Below the pieces are notes generated by a model that saw only the letters and a program-made list of their open reading frames with translations, was not told the DNA's origin and ran no database searches. This document shows, in pieces, positions 10,798 to 22,013 of a stretch of 64,000 nt of DNA. A program made the position numbers and the translations under genes. This DNA is from Histomonas meleagridis 2922-C6/04-290x (Eukaryota; Protista; Parabasalia): positions 1-64,000 of the forward strand of contig JAANOX010000146.1 of NCBI GenBank assembly GCA_020184695.1. Reading direction: 5' to 3'. Each line of letters opens with the position of its first letter. The stretch's first letter is position 1.

Positions 10798-13464
10798 TCA
10801 TTTCATTTTCCTTCTTTTTCTTATAGTTGATGCAGAAGGCGGCATAATTACCTTTTCATCGTCATAAGTCTGTAAGAACACCTGTGGCATTTTTTGTATT
10901 TTTTGTTCTTTTTCCACGTTTTCATTTCCCACGTTTTCTACTTTATTTTTCTCGCTTTCGTTGATTTCGTCCATTGGAGGCTTACCCTCTTCCAGCACGT
11001 TGCCGAATGCGTCAGTTGCAGTGAAGAACTCGGGCGCCATTTGTGACAGCCACAAAGGGTCCACTGCAGTCACTCCATGAATGAAATGTTTCGAAGTCAA
11101 CACCAATTCATGATAAACAATGTATTCAGGCACATAACCCAAACCAGCCAAAGAAGAAGACGGATGCAAATAACATTTCACGCCCGTGTGCAAGTTTACG
11201 TATTCATTCAGTCCTTGTAACCTTGCAGCCTGATGGAAATATGCAGAACATATTGCCTTTCGTACGATAGTCCAATCTTTACAACTCGTAATTTCGAGTT
11301 TCGCTTCTTTCGCTATATCGATTAATTGCTTCCGTACTTCATTCGCTTTAATCAATGAGACATTATGTAAGAAATGTTTCCTGGACCAAGAAGCGCGTTC
11401 TATTTCACGATCACGTTCACTTGATGCAGTTTTACCGATTGATGACCAAATGTTAAATACATTTAATAACGTTAAATGATCGGATTCAGGAATTAAAAAC
11501 TTTTCTTTCATTGAATCAGCTTCTTCTTCTTTACCTTTCGGCTTAAAGAAGACTGGCGGAACACTTAACATTGATACTATTGTTAATATTTCGGATAAAC
11601 AATGTAATTTGTTGCCCATTAAAAGCATTTTAGATAACGTTGGATCGAGTGGAAACATTACCATATCTCTTCCCATTTGCGTAAGGTTTCCTTCATTATC
11701 TAATGCACGTAAAGACCATAATTGTGTCAACGCATGCATAAAGTTATCTAGTGGTGGTCTATCCATGAAATCGAATGATAACACATCATTAAATCCCATA
11801 GATTTAAGTAATAAAATTACATTCGATAAATTCGTACGTTGAATTTCTGGTATAGTCATTGGCGTCATTTCGAAGTTAAATGACATTTCTGTATAAAGTC
11901 TCCAACATTTACCATCCATAGTACGTCCTGCTCTACCAGCTCTTTGTATTGCTGCAGCTTGTGATATCGGTTGAACTAATAATGTATCAAGTCCTGCTTT
12001 CGATGAATAACTTTTCTGCTTAGCAAATCCACAATCAATAACATAACGGATACCATTAATTGTTAATGATGTTTCTGCAATGTTCGTAGCTACAACACAT
12101 TTACGAATTGTCATAGGCTCAAAGACACGCGCTTGTAAATCAGCTGGTAATTGTGAATAAATCGGTAATACTTCTAATGGCGGCGCTTCTTCATGTTCAT
12201 CAAGTTTTTGTCGTATCATTTCACAAGTACATTCTACATCATCTTGTCCAGTCATAAAAACTAATATATCTCCGGGTGGCTCTGTTAAATGTACTTTAAA
12301 GATATGTGTGACTGCTGTTGCTACATAATCTTCTGGATTTGAACGCATATAACTTAACTCGACATTATATGTTCGTCCAGATACATTTAAAATAGGTGCG
12401 CCACCAAAATATCGACTAAATTTCTGCGAATCCATTGTAGCAGATGTAACTATGACTCGAATGTCATGTCGCTTTGATAATACTTGCTTTAAAACTCCAA
12501 ATAATACATCTGTATTAAGACTACGTTCGTGCGCTTCATCCATAATAATAACAGAATATTTCTCTAATAATGGATCTACAAGACTTTCTCTCAATAAAAT
12601 ACCATCGGTCATATATCGAATCACTGTCTTTGGTGACGAAACTTCTTCAAATCGAATGGTGTATCCAACTTCTTCGCCAAGTGTTACTCCCATTTCATCT
12701 GCAACACGTTTGGCAACAGAAACTGCTGCTACACGACGCGGCTGTGTACATACAATTTGTCCAAACTTGGAATAGCCTTCTTCATGAAGATATTGAGTGA
12801 TTTGTGTTGTTTTTCCACTTCCTGTTTCACCAACAATAATTATTACATTGTTTTCGGAGACTAATCGTAATATTTCATTACGGCTTTGGTAGATAGGTAA
12901 CGCCGTCTTGTTAACATTACCAGTGGTTGTAAGTAAATCTTTGTATTGTGAAGTGCCTTGTGATCGAATCATTAACATCATCTGTTTGGCTTTACGAATC
13001 TTACTTTCACGCTCACTACTAATAAGATCTTTCATTTCTGCCCGTTGTTCATGATGTTTTCGCCATTCAACAACAGACCGACTTCCATTTTTTGCAAGTT
13101 GATATAAATCACCTTCAACTGTAAATCTATTTTCGGGTTTAGGTTGATGGAACTGTGAACTATCGTAGTTGGACAAAAAGGCTGGACGTGAAGAATTAAC
13201 TGATAAATAAACTTTTGTTTCAATTTCTTCATCATCCAAATTTTGAACATGCCTTTCTGTGGAAACGCCTGCTTGCTCAATAAGAAGATCCTCCCATTTG
13301 TTAACATCGATCTTTTTTTGTAGTGCAGCAGATGGTGTGAGATTAAGTCCTTCTGTTTCAGCAAATAACCTACGGTTATCTTCTATATCAACAACCATTC
13401 CTTCCTCTTCATCATACCAGCTTCTTTCCATTGCAAAATCATCATCACCTCCATCATCACTCAT
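10798..13464 (-). CDS. PRP16: Spliceosomal DEAH-box RNA helicase, Prp16/DHX38 type
   Basis: Motifs GETGSGKTTQ, QPRRVAA, DEAH, SAT, TNIAETSLT and QRAGRAGR. The N-terminal ERSWYD and C-terminal EYIVYHELVLT..F...VTAVDPLWL segments are typical of Prp16. Confidence 0.85.
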   Translation of the reverse strand: MSDDGGDDDFAMERSWYDEEEGMVVDIEDNRRLFAETEGLNLTPSAALQKKIDVNKWEDLLIEQAGVSTERHVQNLDDEEIETKVYLSVNSSRPAFLSNYDSSQFHQPKPENRFTVEGDLYQLAKNGSRSVVEWRKHHEQRAEMKDLISSERESKIRKAKQMMLMIRSQGTSQYKDLLTTTGNVNKTALPIYQSRNEILRLVSENNVIIIVGETGSGKTTQITQYLHEEGYSKFGQIVCTQPRRVAAVSVAKRVADEMGVTLGEEVGYTIRFEEVSSPKTVIRYMTDGILLRESLVDPLLEKYSVIIMDEAHERSLNTDVLFGVLKQVLSKRHDIRVIVTSATMDSQKFSRYFGGAPILNVSGRTYNVELSYMRSNPEDYVATAVTHIFKVHLTEPPGDILVFMTGQDDVECTCEMIRQKLDEHEEAPPLEVLPIYSQLPADLQARVFEPMTIRKCVVATNIAETSLTINGIRYVIDCGFAKQKSYSSKAGLDTLLVQPISQAAAIQRAGRAGRTMDGKCWRLYTEMSFNFEMTPMTIPEIQRTNLSNVILLLKSMGFNDVLSFDFMDRPPLDNFMHALTQLWSLRALDNEGNLTQMGRDMVMFPLDPTLSKMLLMGNKLHCLSEILTIVSMLSVPPVFFKPKGKEEEADSMKEKFLIPESDHLTLLNVFNIWSSIGKTASSERDREIERASWSRKHFLHNVSLIKANEVRKQLIDIAKEAKLEITSCKDWTIVRKAICSAYFHQAARLQGLNEYVNLHTGVKCYLHPSSSLAGLGYVPEYIVYHELVLTSKHFIHGVTAVDPLWLSQMAPEFFTATDAFGNVLEEGKPPMDEINESEKNKVENVGNENVEKEQKIQKMPQVFLQTYDDEKVIMPPSASTIRKRRKMK

Positions 13465-13564
13465 TTGGCCAGAATTGTTATGTCAGAGCTTATTTTCTCT
13501 CAAATAAATTCTGCCGTAATCAATTTTGAATGCATAATAATCGTTTAATTCTTGTGGTATACAA

Positions 13565-14518
13565 ATGGAAGAAACACTTAAAAACTATTATGGTATACCT
13601 TATGATGAAATTCCTTCTTCTGGGTTGATCGGCCCGGAGGCATTTGTAAATGTAGTTTCATATTTTGAAGAAAATATTGAAGATTTTAAACTGATTTTAT
13701 TAAATAATAATACCAATCCAAAAAATAATTTATCCAATGAGCTCCACATTTTTGTTGAATGGTTAAAACATTTACCAGAACCTTTTATTCCTTCTTCATC
13801 ATTAACATTATTTTTAGAAAATCCATCAATCATATCAGCGCAAAAGGTAACACAATCATTGCCATTTAATAAAAGAACAACATTTAGTAAGTTTATCCGA
13901 ATTCTTCAAACAATTATTGATTCTTCAATTAATCCGATTTCCTTTGATTCCATTTTTGGCTACCCATTTACGCATACTTACTCATGTTCTTTTTTTTATT
14001 TTCTCACTAAACAAAATTGTAATGCATTTTGCTTTCCATATCTACAAATCAAAACATTTATTCCTATTCAACATTACTCAGAACCAAAAATTGATGAATA
14101 TAATACACTCGGAATCACAAAGGAAGTGTCTGATTTATATGATGAAATTAAACAACAAGCAAAAGATATTGGAATTAATGATAAAAATATAAATAACGTT
14201 GAACTTATTCCATATCATAAATCAGAAACATTAAAAAATGATCTCAAACGAATTCTCAAAAGATTTGAACAAGAATTCGAAATTAAAACACAAAGGAAAT
14301 GTCAAAAAAAGGATAAAATTGCGTTGTCATCATTATATAAACTTCATATGAAATTAAGAAAAGAATTTTATGTCAACACGAGAATTAATTATTTAAATAA
14401 CAAAAAGAAAACATTACAAAATAACATAAATTCGTCTGAAGTTTTCTTATCAAAAGAACAAAAGAATGAATACGAAAATATACAAAATGAACTTTTAGTT
14501 CTAACAAAAAAAATTTAA
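13565..14518 (+). CDS. Divergent RhoGAP-domain protein with FAM13-like C-terminus
   Basis: FVEWLKHLPEPFIP resembles the RhoGAP LKxFLRELPEPL motif. LKNDLKRILKRFEQEFEIKTQRKCQKKDK..L..LYK resembles the FAM13 tail. Confidence 0.55.
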   Translation: MEETLKNYYGIPYDEIPSSGLIGPEAFVNVVSYFEENIEDFKLILLNNNTNPKNNLSNELHIFVEWLKHLPEPFIPSSSLTLFLENPSIISAQKVTQSLPFNKRTTFSKFIRILQTIIDSSINPISFDSIFGYPFTHTYSCSFFYFLTKQNCNAFCFPYLQIKTFIPIQHYSEPKIDEYNTLGITKEVSDLYDEIKQQAKDIGINDKNINNVELIPYHKSETLKNDLKRILKRFEQEFEIKTQRKCQKKDKIALSSLYKLHMKLRKEFYVNTRINYLNNKKKTLQNNINSSEVFLSKEQKNEYENIQNELLVLTKKI

Positions 14519-14572
14519 TAAATAATTTGTTTATGAATAAATAAATAAATAAAAATATTTTTTTAACATTAA

Positions 14573-17554
14573 TTATAACCAATTGTCAACTTCATATAAA
14601 ATATTATTTTGTATTTCTTCGTTAACTGGTTCAAATTTATCTTCTTCTGATGATGTGAAATTCATATTTGAACTTTTCACATTGTTTCGCATTTTACTTC
14701 TTCGAATTAATGTTATAATAATTCCTGCAATCAAAAGAGCAATTGCAATTGAGCCACAGATAATGCCAAACATTCCTAACGATGTTATCTTGTTTTCATT
14801 TTGTGTTTCTGTTTGTTCAATTGCATAAAATTTATTATAAGAATAATATATCGAAATATATTCATGAATCGTATATTGATATTCATAATGAATAACTTTT
14901 GAATAAATATAACTATAACTTGAAGAAATTAATGTAAATATTAAAGTATTTGATAAAAATGTATTAATTATTAAAGAATTACTATAAAACAAAGAATATG
15001 TTAAAGTTAATGAATATGTTACATTCATATTTGAAGTATTTGAAATTATAAATGTGTTCGAATTAGAAAATGAATTTGATTTAGTAAATGAATTCGAATT
15101 TGAAAATGAATTTGATAATGTGAATGAATTCGAATGTGTAAATGTGTTTGATAATGTAAATGTATTTGATGATGTAAATGTGTTCGTTGGTAGCGGATAT
15201 CCATTACATTCATCAGTAGTCGTTCCTTTCATTACACGAAATGTACCAAATGTCGTACCTTCATATGACGCTGTCGTAATAACATATTGTTCAGTAACAT
15301 TATCAAATGAATTTTCATCAATATTTATTGATTTATTACCTCTAAAATAAATACATTTGAGTTTATAACAATTTTGAAATGCACAATAACCAATCGTTGC
15401 AACATTTGCTTCAATAAGAATTTCTTCTAAATTATAACATGAAGAAAATGCATAATTATCAATTAATATAACTGATGTTGGAATATAAATATTTTTTAAT
15501 GAAGTACAAAATCGAAATGCATTATGTTCAATCGATGTAACATTATCTGAAATTTGAATATAAATTAACGATGAACAATATGAAAATGCATAACTTGAAA
15601 TAGTTTTAATTGAATTTGGAATTTCATATGTTTCATTACAAATTCCTGATGGATAACAAAGAATTGCTGTAAAATTTTTAGTATAAAGAATTCCATTTTC
15701 ATCATTTGCATAATAATCATTTTCTTTTGATACATTAATAAATAAAAGATTTGTGCATCCTTCAAAAATACCTGAGCCAATTAGAATTACCGATTTTGGA
15801 ATTGTAATGTTTATTAATGATGTACATTGTGAAAACATTCCCATTCTTAGTTCATTGGTATTTTCGCCAATAATAATTGTTTCTAATGATGAACATGATT
15901 GAAATGCATAGTTATCAATTTTTATAACATTGTCTGGAATTATAATTTTAGTTAATGATGTACAAAATAGAAATGCATTATGTTCAATCGATGTAACATT
16001 ATCTGAAATTTGAATATTATTTAATGATGAACAATATGAAAATGCATAACTTGAAATAGTTTTAATTGAATTTGAAATTTCATATGTTTCATTACAAATT
16101 CCTGATGGATAACAAAGAATTGCTGTAAAATCTTTAGTATAAAGAATTCCATTTTCATCATTTGCACAATATTTGTTATCTTTTGATACATTAATAAATA
16201 AAAGATTTGTACATCCTTCAAAAATACCTGAGCCAATTGAAGTTACTGATTTTGGAATTGTAATGTTTATTAATGATGTACAATAAATAAATGCACCTCC
16301 TGATATAGTTTTGACATTTTCTCCAAGAATAATTGTTTTTAATGATGAACAATTATAAAATGAATATGATTCAATCGTTTCGACATTATCTTCAATGATA
16401 ACTGTTTCTAATGATGAACATTGATAAAAGATGGAATATGTAATTGAAGTAATTTTATTCGGAATTGTGAAATTTTTTAATGAAATACAATATTCAAATG
16501 CATATGATTCAATTTCTCCAATATTTTCTCCAAGAATAATCGTTTCTAGATTATAACATGAATCAAATGCATAAAATCTAATTGTAGTAACTGAATTTGG
16601 AATTGTGATACTTGTTAATGAAGTACATAATTCAAATGCATTGCTTTGAATCGTTTCTACATTTTCTCCAATGATAATTGTTTTCAAATTAGAACATGAA
16701 TAAAATGCATAACTTCCGATTGTATAAATTGAATTCGAAATTTCATATGTTTCATTAAGAATTCCTGATGGATAACAAATAATTCGTTTAACAAACCCAT
16801 CATAAAGAATTCCATTTTCATCACTATAATAATGTGTATATTGATCTAATACTTGTATAAATGAAAGATTTGAACATTATATAAAAGCTCCAACTTCAAT
16901 TGGATAAACTGATTTTGGAAGTGTAATATTTCGTAATGATATACAATGTTGAAATGCAAAACTATTAATTGTTCGTACATTTTCTCCAAGTTCAATCATT
17001 TCTAATTTAGTACAAAATCCAAATGAATAATATTCAATTGTTTCAACTGAATATGGAATTATAATATTCGTTAATGATGAACATGAATAAAATGAATATT
17101 CACCAATTGTTGTTAAACTTGTCCCAAATTTGATACAATTTAATTTAAAACATGATTTAAATGATGATGTTCCAATAGATTTTAATGAATTACCAATTTG
17201 AACTTCTTCAAGATTTAAACATGATTCAAATGATGATTCTTGAATCGTGATGACTGAATCTTTAATTTCTATCGTTTTCAAAATATTCCATTTATAAAAT
17301 CGTTTAATATCAATTTCTTCAATTCCTTCTTCAATAATAAGATGAAATATTTCGTTTTCATATTGATATATATTCATTAAATCTTCTGTATTATTAATTA
17401 TATACGTATTATTATATATTTCTATTTCTTTCGATTTATGAATAAATATTATCAAAAATATTAAAATATTGATAAAATTATATTTTTCTTTATTTCTTGT
17501 TTTTAAATTCATTAAATATTTTCTTACTATAATTAAAATGATAATAAATTTCAT
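14573..17554 (-). CDS. BspA-like LRR surface protein with S/T-rich stalk, TM and tail; one in-frame TAA at 16877-16879
   Basis: ORFs 16877-17986 and 14573-16687 are in the same frame, with 63 LRR-coding codons between them. The probable start is ATG 17554 or 17512, before a hydrophobic signal-like segment. Confidence 0.75.
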
Positions 17555-18233
17555 GAAATTAAATAAAACATTTGGTTTGTTATCATTAAATATTGAAAGA
17601 TAATTTATATTATGACTTGAATTCAAAGAAAATTTATTATCACTAATTGAAAGCGAGTTCCAGCAGGCATTAGATGCATCGAAAAATAAAGTATTTGGAA
17701 AGATATCAAAAATGCGATGATTAACAGCGTAATAAAAATACGGATAATATGGAAGAAATAAGAAAAAGTCTCTGTGTTCTTGTGAAATTATCTGGGAATA
17801 TTGGCTAAAAATGATTTTTAAAAACTGATATATGTTTTTCCTTATTTGATAGGAATCATTTTTGGCATTTAATAGCTCCCGTGATATAGTTCTTTTACTA
17901 TGAGACAAAAATGTATTCATAAAAAGTAATAAACAGATGGAATACATGAAAGAATATTTTGAAGAAATTTGAGTTTCAAAGCCCACAAAAATTCAATACT
18001 ATTCAATTATACCACTTTCACGTAAAGACTCCAAATTCTCAGAATTCAAGTCACTTTGGAAGGGTTCCAATTTAAATCCATCACCCGAGTATATATCAAT
18101 AGATTTTATGTCTTGAATGAATGTCCAATAGAACAAGCATTTTGGAAAGTCGAATTTTCATAAAATACCTTTTTTCCTTCAACTTAAGTTCTCAATCTTA
18201 TAAAAAATAAAAATTTTTGGCTTATCGTAAATC

Positions 18234-20861
18234 CAGGGCAAAAGAGTGCCCAACTTTTTGAATGGATTATATCCACTTTTTCATAACTAACCGTACCGAT
18301 ATAGGGCAAAAAAGTGACAGCAATAATTTTCCATTCAATATCTTAATTCAAAATTGAATTGCCTTCACAAATAATGAATACCCATTGAATAATTTTGGTT
18401 GTAGAATATATTTGAATGCATTCAAATTATTCTATGTGTTAATACAATTTCTTGATGTAAAGTGTCAAAATATATATGTCATCGTCAAATGTCATTTTGC
18501 TCCGAGTATTTATGAATGAAAACTATTTTTACATTTTTATCAAATTTTCAATGGTCGTGATCCCAGGGCAAAAAAGTGTCATCCGAATCAATAGTAATGA
18601 ATATTTTCTATTTGTATTTTTATGCCAACGAATTGAATATTGTCTTTTGATTAAGAATTTTGCACTTTTATACTGCAATTTAGTAAAGCAATATTAATTG
18701 ATTTTTAAAAATAAATTATTTTGATAATTTATGTGAATCTATAATAGAGTTTGCTGTTTATGTTGTTGAGGTTATTTAGAGTTCCATAAAACAAAATTAA
18801 TGTTTACTAAGTTCTATTTTTTATGAGAATATTTTTTCATGGTGAAACATTGCACACTTCAAATTTTTCCATACCTCAAAACTTGAACGTTTTATGGTAT
18901 CTCTCAAAGCGTTGATTCACATTGGCTCAAACAAAAACACTCAAGTTTATATTAATCTATACAATCATATTCATATCCAATCGTCCTCGTCCGCTTTCGC
19001 CATATCTCCGATGCTTCCACTGATCTCTTCGACAAGCTTTGTACTCGACGTCGAGTGTTGGCATTCTGTGAATGTGAGAGTTGGCATTGCTATTCTCGAG
19101 TTTCTAGAAAATTGAGTTGTTTAAGTTTGATCACTGATCAAAAAGAAAAAAAAGAACTATAAAAAACAAATAAAATCAATTCACACTCATGAATCGCAAT
19201 CAATTGCTATAGTCAGCTAAAAAATTCATATAAAACAAATATTGAAATGAATTTATTTAAATAAAAGTTGTGATTGTGCATTTATATTTTTTATTGCAAG
19301 TTCATCTAAATGTTTTCTTAAACCCCTATTTCAGCTTGAAAATTTTGAAATTTAAAAAATAACATTCACAGAAACAGTTAATGTTATGCTTATTGTTGCT
19401 CAAGCTTAACTTCTTGAAAAATTGGCAATATTATTAAAACGATTACTATTATGTATTTTATGAGCGTTTTGAAATTAAAATAAATTAATATTAATGCAAG
19501 AAAATATTACTGAAATTAGAAATTATTGCAATATTCATGAGGTTTCCATTATTAGTTTAACATTATGAAGAGATGTCGTGAAATGTCACAATATACTTCT
19601 TACTCCATTCTTGAGATACCGTTTCAAGTTGTTCGATTCCATTTATAAATGTTTTTGCTAAAGCATTTCTTGAATAGTTGTATAGTTGATTTGAAGAAAT
19701 TGATAAATTCAAATTTTTTCTAATAAAATATGGCGAAGCACCTTTAGAACGCAAATCATTAATTTCCTCTTTTTGTTTTGAAGTAAGAAGGCAAAAAAAA
19801 CTTTCAACGTATCTCTTATTCATAGAGTGATTGTGAATCCATTCACCCGAACAATTACATAGGATTGAATCTCTGAACTTCACACTGAAGTGGCTTGGGC
19901 AATCCTTGAACCTGCACTTATAACAAACATATGATGTAATGTCTCTTTTGGACTCAACAATTGAATATGGACATCGATGGATCGCCATTTGGTCTTTGAT
20001 ATCGATCTTGAAATCATCAAAAGCACTCATCCCAATTCTCCCTATAATATAATCAATGAATTCAATGGGGGTGCTTTCTTTTATTTCCATTTCTATCTGC
20101 AAATTAATAAATTAACGGTTTTGTCCGGACGGTTATGTTGTTTTCCAATTAGACCTAACCCGTAACAAATGTAAAACCAAGAGTAGGAAATCAACAAATG
20201 TGATCGATACTTCATTGAAACGCAGACCTTTATAAAATCTGTTTAACCAGTGAACTTAAGTGGAAAAAATGGAATAATTAAAAAGAGAGATATCAACAAT
20301 TATTAGTTTGAAAAAACAAAAAAATGAGAGTTTTCGCTGGTCTTAAGGTCATTGCTGTTCTTGTGTTCTAAAAAAATGTGTTGTTTGAGTTTGATTACTG
20401 ATCAATTATTCGAGAGAAAGAATATTAGGACATAGAATGAAACAAACCATTTAACACTTGTGCTTCGAAATCAATAGTTGTGGTCGGATGGGATGTAGGT
20501 GGACTTAAATTCAATATTCGAAAATGTCAAGACCATGACCAGTCCAAATGGCAAATGGAGTAGTGATCATCTTCATATTGGCCCCCTTGAAAGGAAACAC
20601 AAGATCAATCTTTGGTTGAACAACTTTCAGGAATATGCATTGAAGCTTTGGCTTAAATGAACTTTTGGCGCCACGTTTATTTTGACAAAATCACGCGCCT
20701 TCTGATATTTTGCCACTGCTAAGAAAAATTCAATGGCCCACAAACGCATTCAATTTTTTTCTGATATGATTGAGAGTGTTTTTCGGTTGGCACTTTTTAG
20801 CCCTGCGCATTATCGTTTTTCTCTCAAAAGTATTCAAAATGCTTGTCACTTTTTTGCCCTG
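18234..20861. mobile_element. Degenerate Mutator-like (MULE) DNA transposon remnant with subterminal inverted motifs
   Basis: Motif CAGGGCAAAAAAGTG (with variants) occurs on + at 18234, 18302 and 18564, and inverted at 20791 and 20847. These copies flank a MULE-like transposase fragment. Confidence 0.55.
19563..20102 (-). pseudogene. MULE-type transposase N-terminal fragment (WRKY/FAR1-like zinc finger plus HTH)
   Basis: YKCRFKDCPSHFSV...HNH zinc-finger pattern, followed by LTSKQKEEINDLRSKGASPYFIRKNLN...QLYN. The ORF stops before any DDE core. Confidence 0.65.
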
Positions 20862-20883
20862 GATTCACGATTTTCCAAAATTT

Positions 20884-21866
20884 ATTTGGGGAATCGTTTT
20901 TTGCTACAGACAAACCTTGTCAATTTTAGTAGCAAAAAAATTGTGTAAAAAAGGCGGAGAATACCAGGGGGTTTCGGAAATGTGATATAAAAAATTGTTC
21001 TGATCATTCATCACAAACAAAGATTGAAGCAACAAATGTTGAATTCCCCGGGTTGTTATATATTTTCGTTTTTAATTTCAACTTTCAGTGCAGCTCATTA
21101 AATCATTTGGTCTTACTCATTTGTGATTTAGTACACCTAATTTATTAATATATATATTTTATCATTTTATCCATCACATTTAGGCTTTCAATATACAAAT
21201 ATACACATTTGTTTCATATCTCATTTAATCATTGTTATCTCATTTTATCTCTCTTTCAAACATCTATGATTCACTTAATCATTTTTTGCATTTTTGTCAA
21301 TTTTGTTTAATTTTTTAGGAGGTATTTTAAAAAAGTTTTTGTGTTTTTGAATCTTTAGTTATATGCTTGTATTTGTTGTTTAACTTTCTAGGTTTATTTT
21401 TTCAGTTTTTGAATATAAATCCGATGATTTTTCATTCATTTGATTCTATCGTTGGAAATCTGCATCCAGTTTATTAAAAATATCCTTATGCTAAAATGCA
21501 CATTCTTTTTTCCCATCCAATATTATTTTGCTGTTATTCTTTCAACATATATGTAGATTATTATGTTTTATTTATTATTCATAAATCCTTTATTTTTTTT
21601 CTTTTTCAGCATATGATATTTATAAAATTTTTAATTAACTGCATTCACCAGAAATTTGAAACTCAAAAAATGTGATGAAATTCTAGAAATCAATAATTTA
21701 TATGGTTTTGTTAGCTTCTCATATCATAATTTTTCATCATAATCTGACGTTTTGCTCCATCTATTTTTTATCTAACAAATTTAATTACAGCAAAATGACA
21801 TCAAAATTTTTTTTTCGCGACGAAAATTGACAAGGTTTGTCTGTAGCAAAAAACGATTGCCCAAAT
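20884..21866. mobile_element. MITE-like element, ~1 kb, with 44-bp terminal inverted repeats
   Basis: 20884-20927 and 21823-21866 match at 43/44 as inverted repeats (aaaattgacaaggtttgtctgtagcaaaaaacgattSccaaat core). No ORF inside and no clear TSD. Confidence 0.65.
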
Positions 21867-22013
21867 TTTTTCAATAAAAATATTTTAAAAATTGGTATAA
21901 AACTTGAAGTTTTTATTTTAAACAAACCATGATTCCTAAATTTGCATCTATATAATTTTCTTTATTCCAAGAACGCTTGATCATGAACTTTTTTAGCGAT
22001 TTTTTTTTAAATT

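Noticed and set aside
10798-13464. Functional link between the nearby Prp16 gene and the insert system
   Set aside because: Eukaryotic gene proximity (>16 kb) is not evidence of shared function, and nothing unusual was seen in the helicase motifs.
17640-17986. N-terminal extension of the BspA ORF (MGFETQ...)
   Set aside because: It lies beyond the duplication breakpoint, is absent from the 9429 copy and precedes the signal-like segment; probably unrelated decayed coding DNA in frame by chance.
18960-19090. GC-richer 38-codon minus-strand ORF (MPTLTFTECQH...) with a 14-bp palindrome actcgacgtcgagt
   Set aside because: Too short, with no recognisable homology; probably a gene fragment within transposon debris.
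20430-20720. Coding-like GC-richer fragment
   Set aside because: Frames are broken and I could not assign a family.
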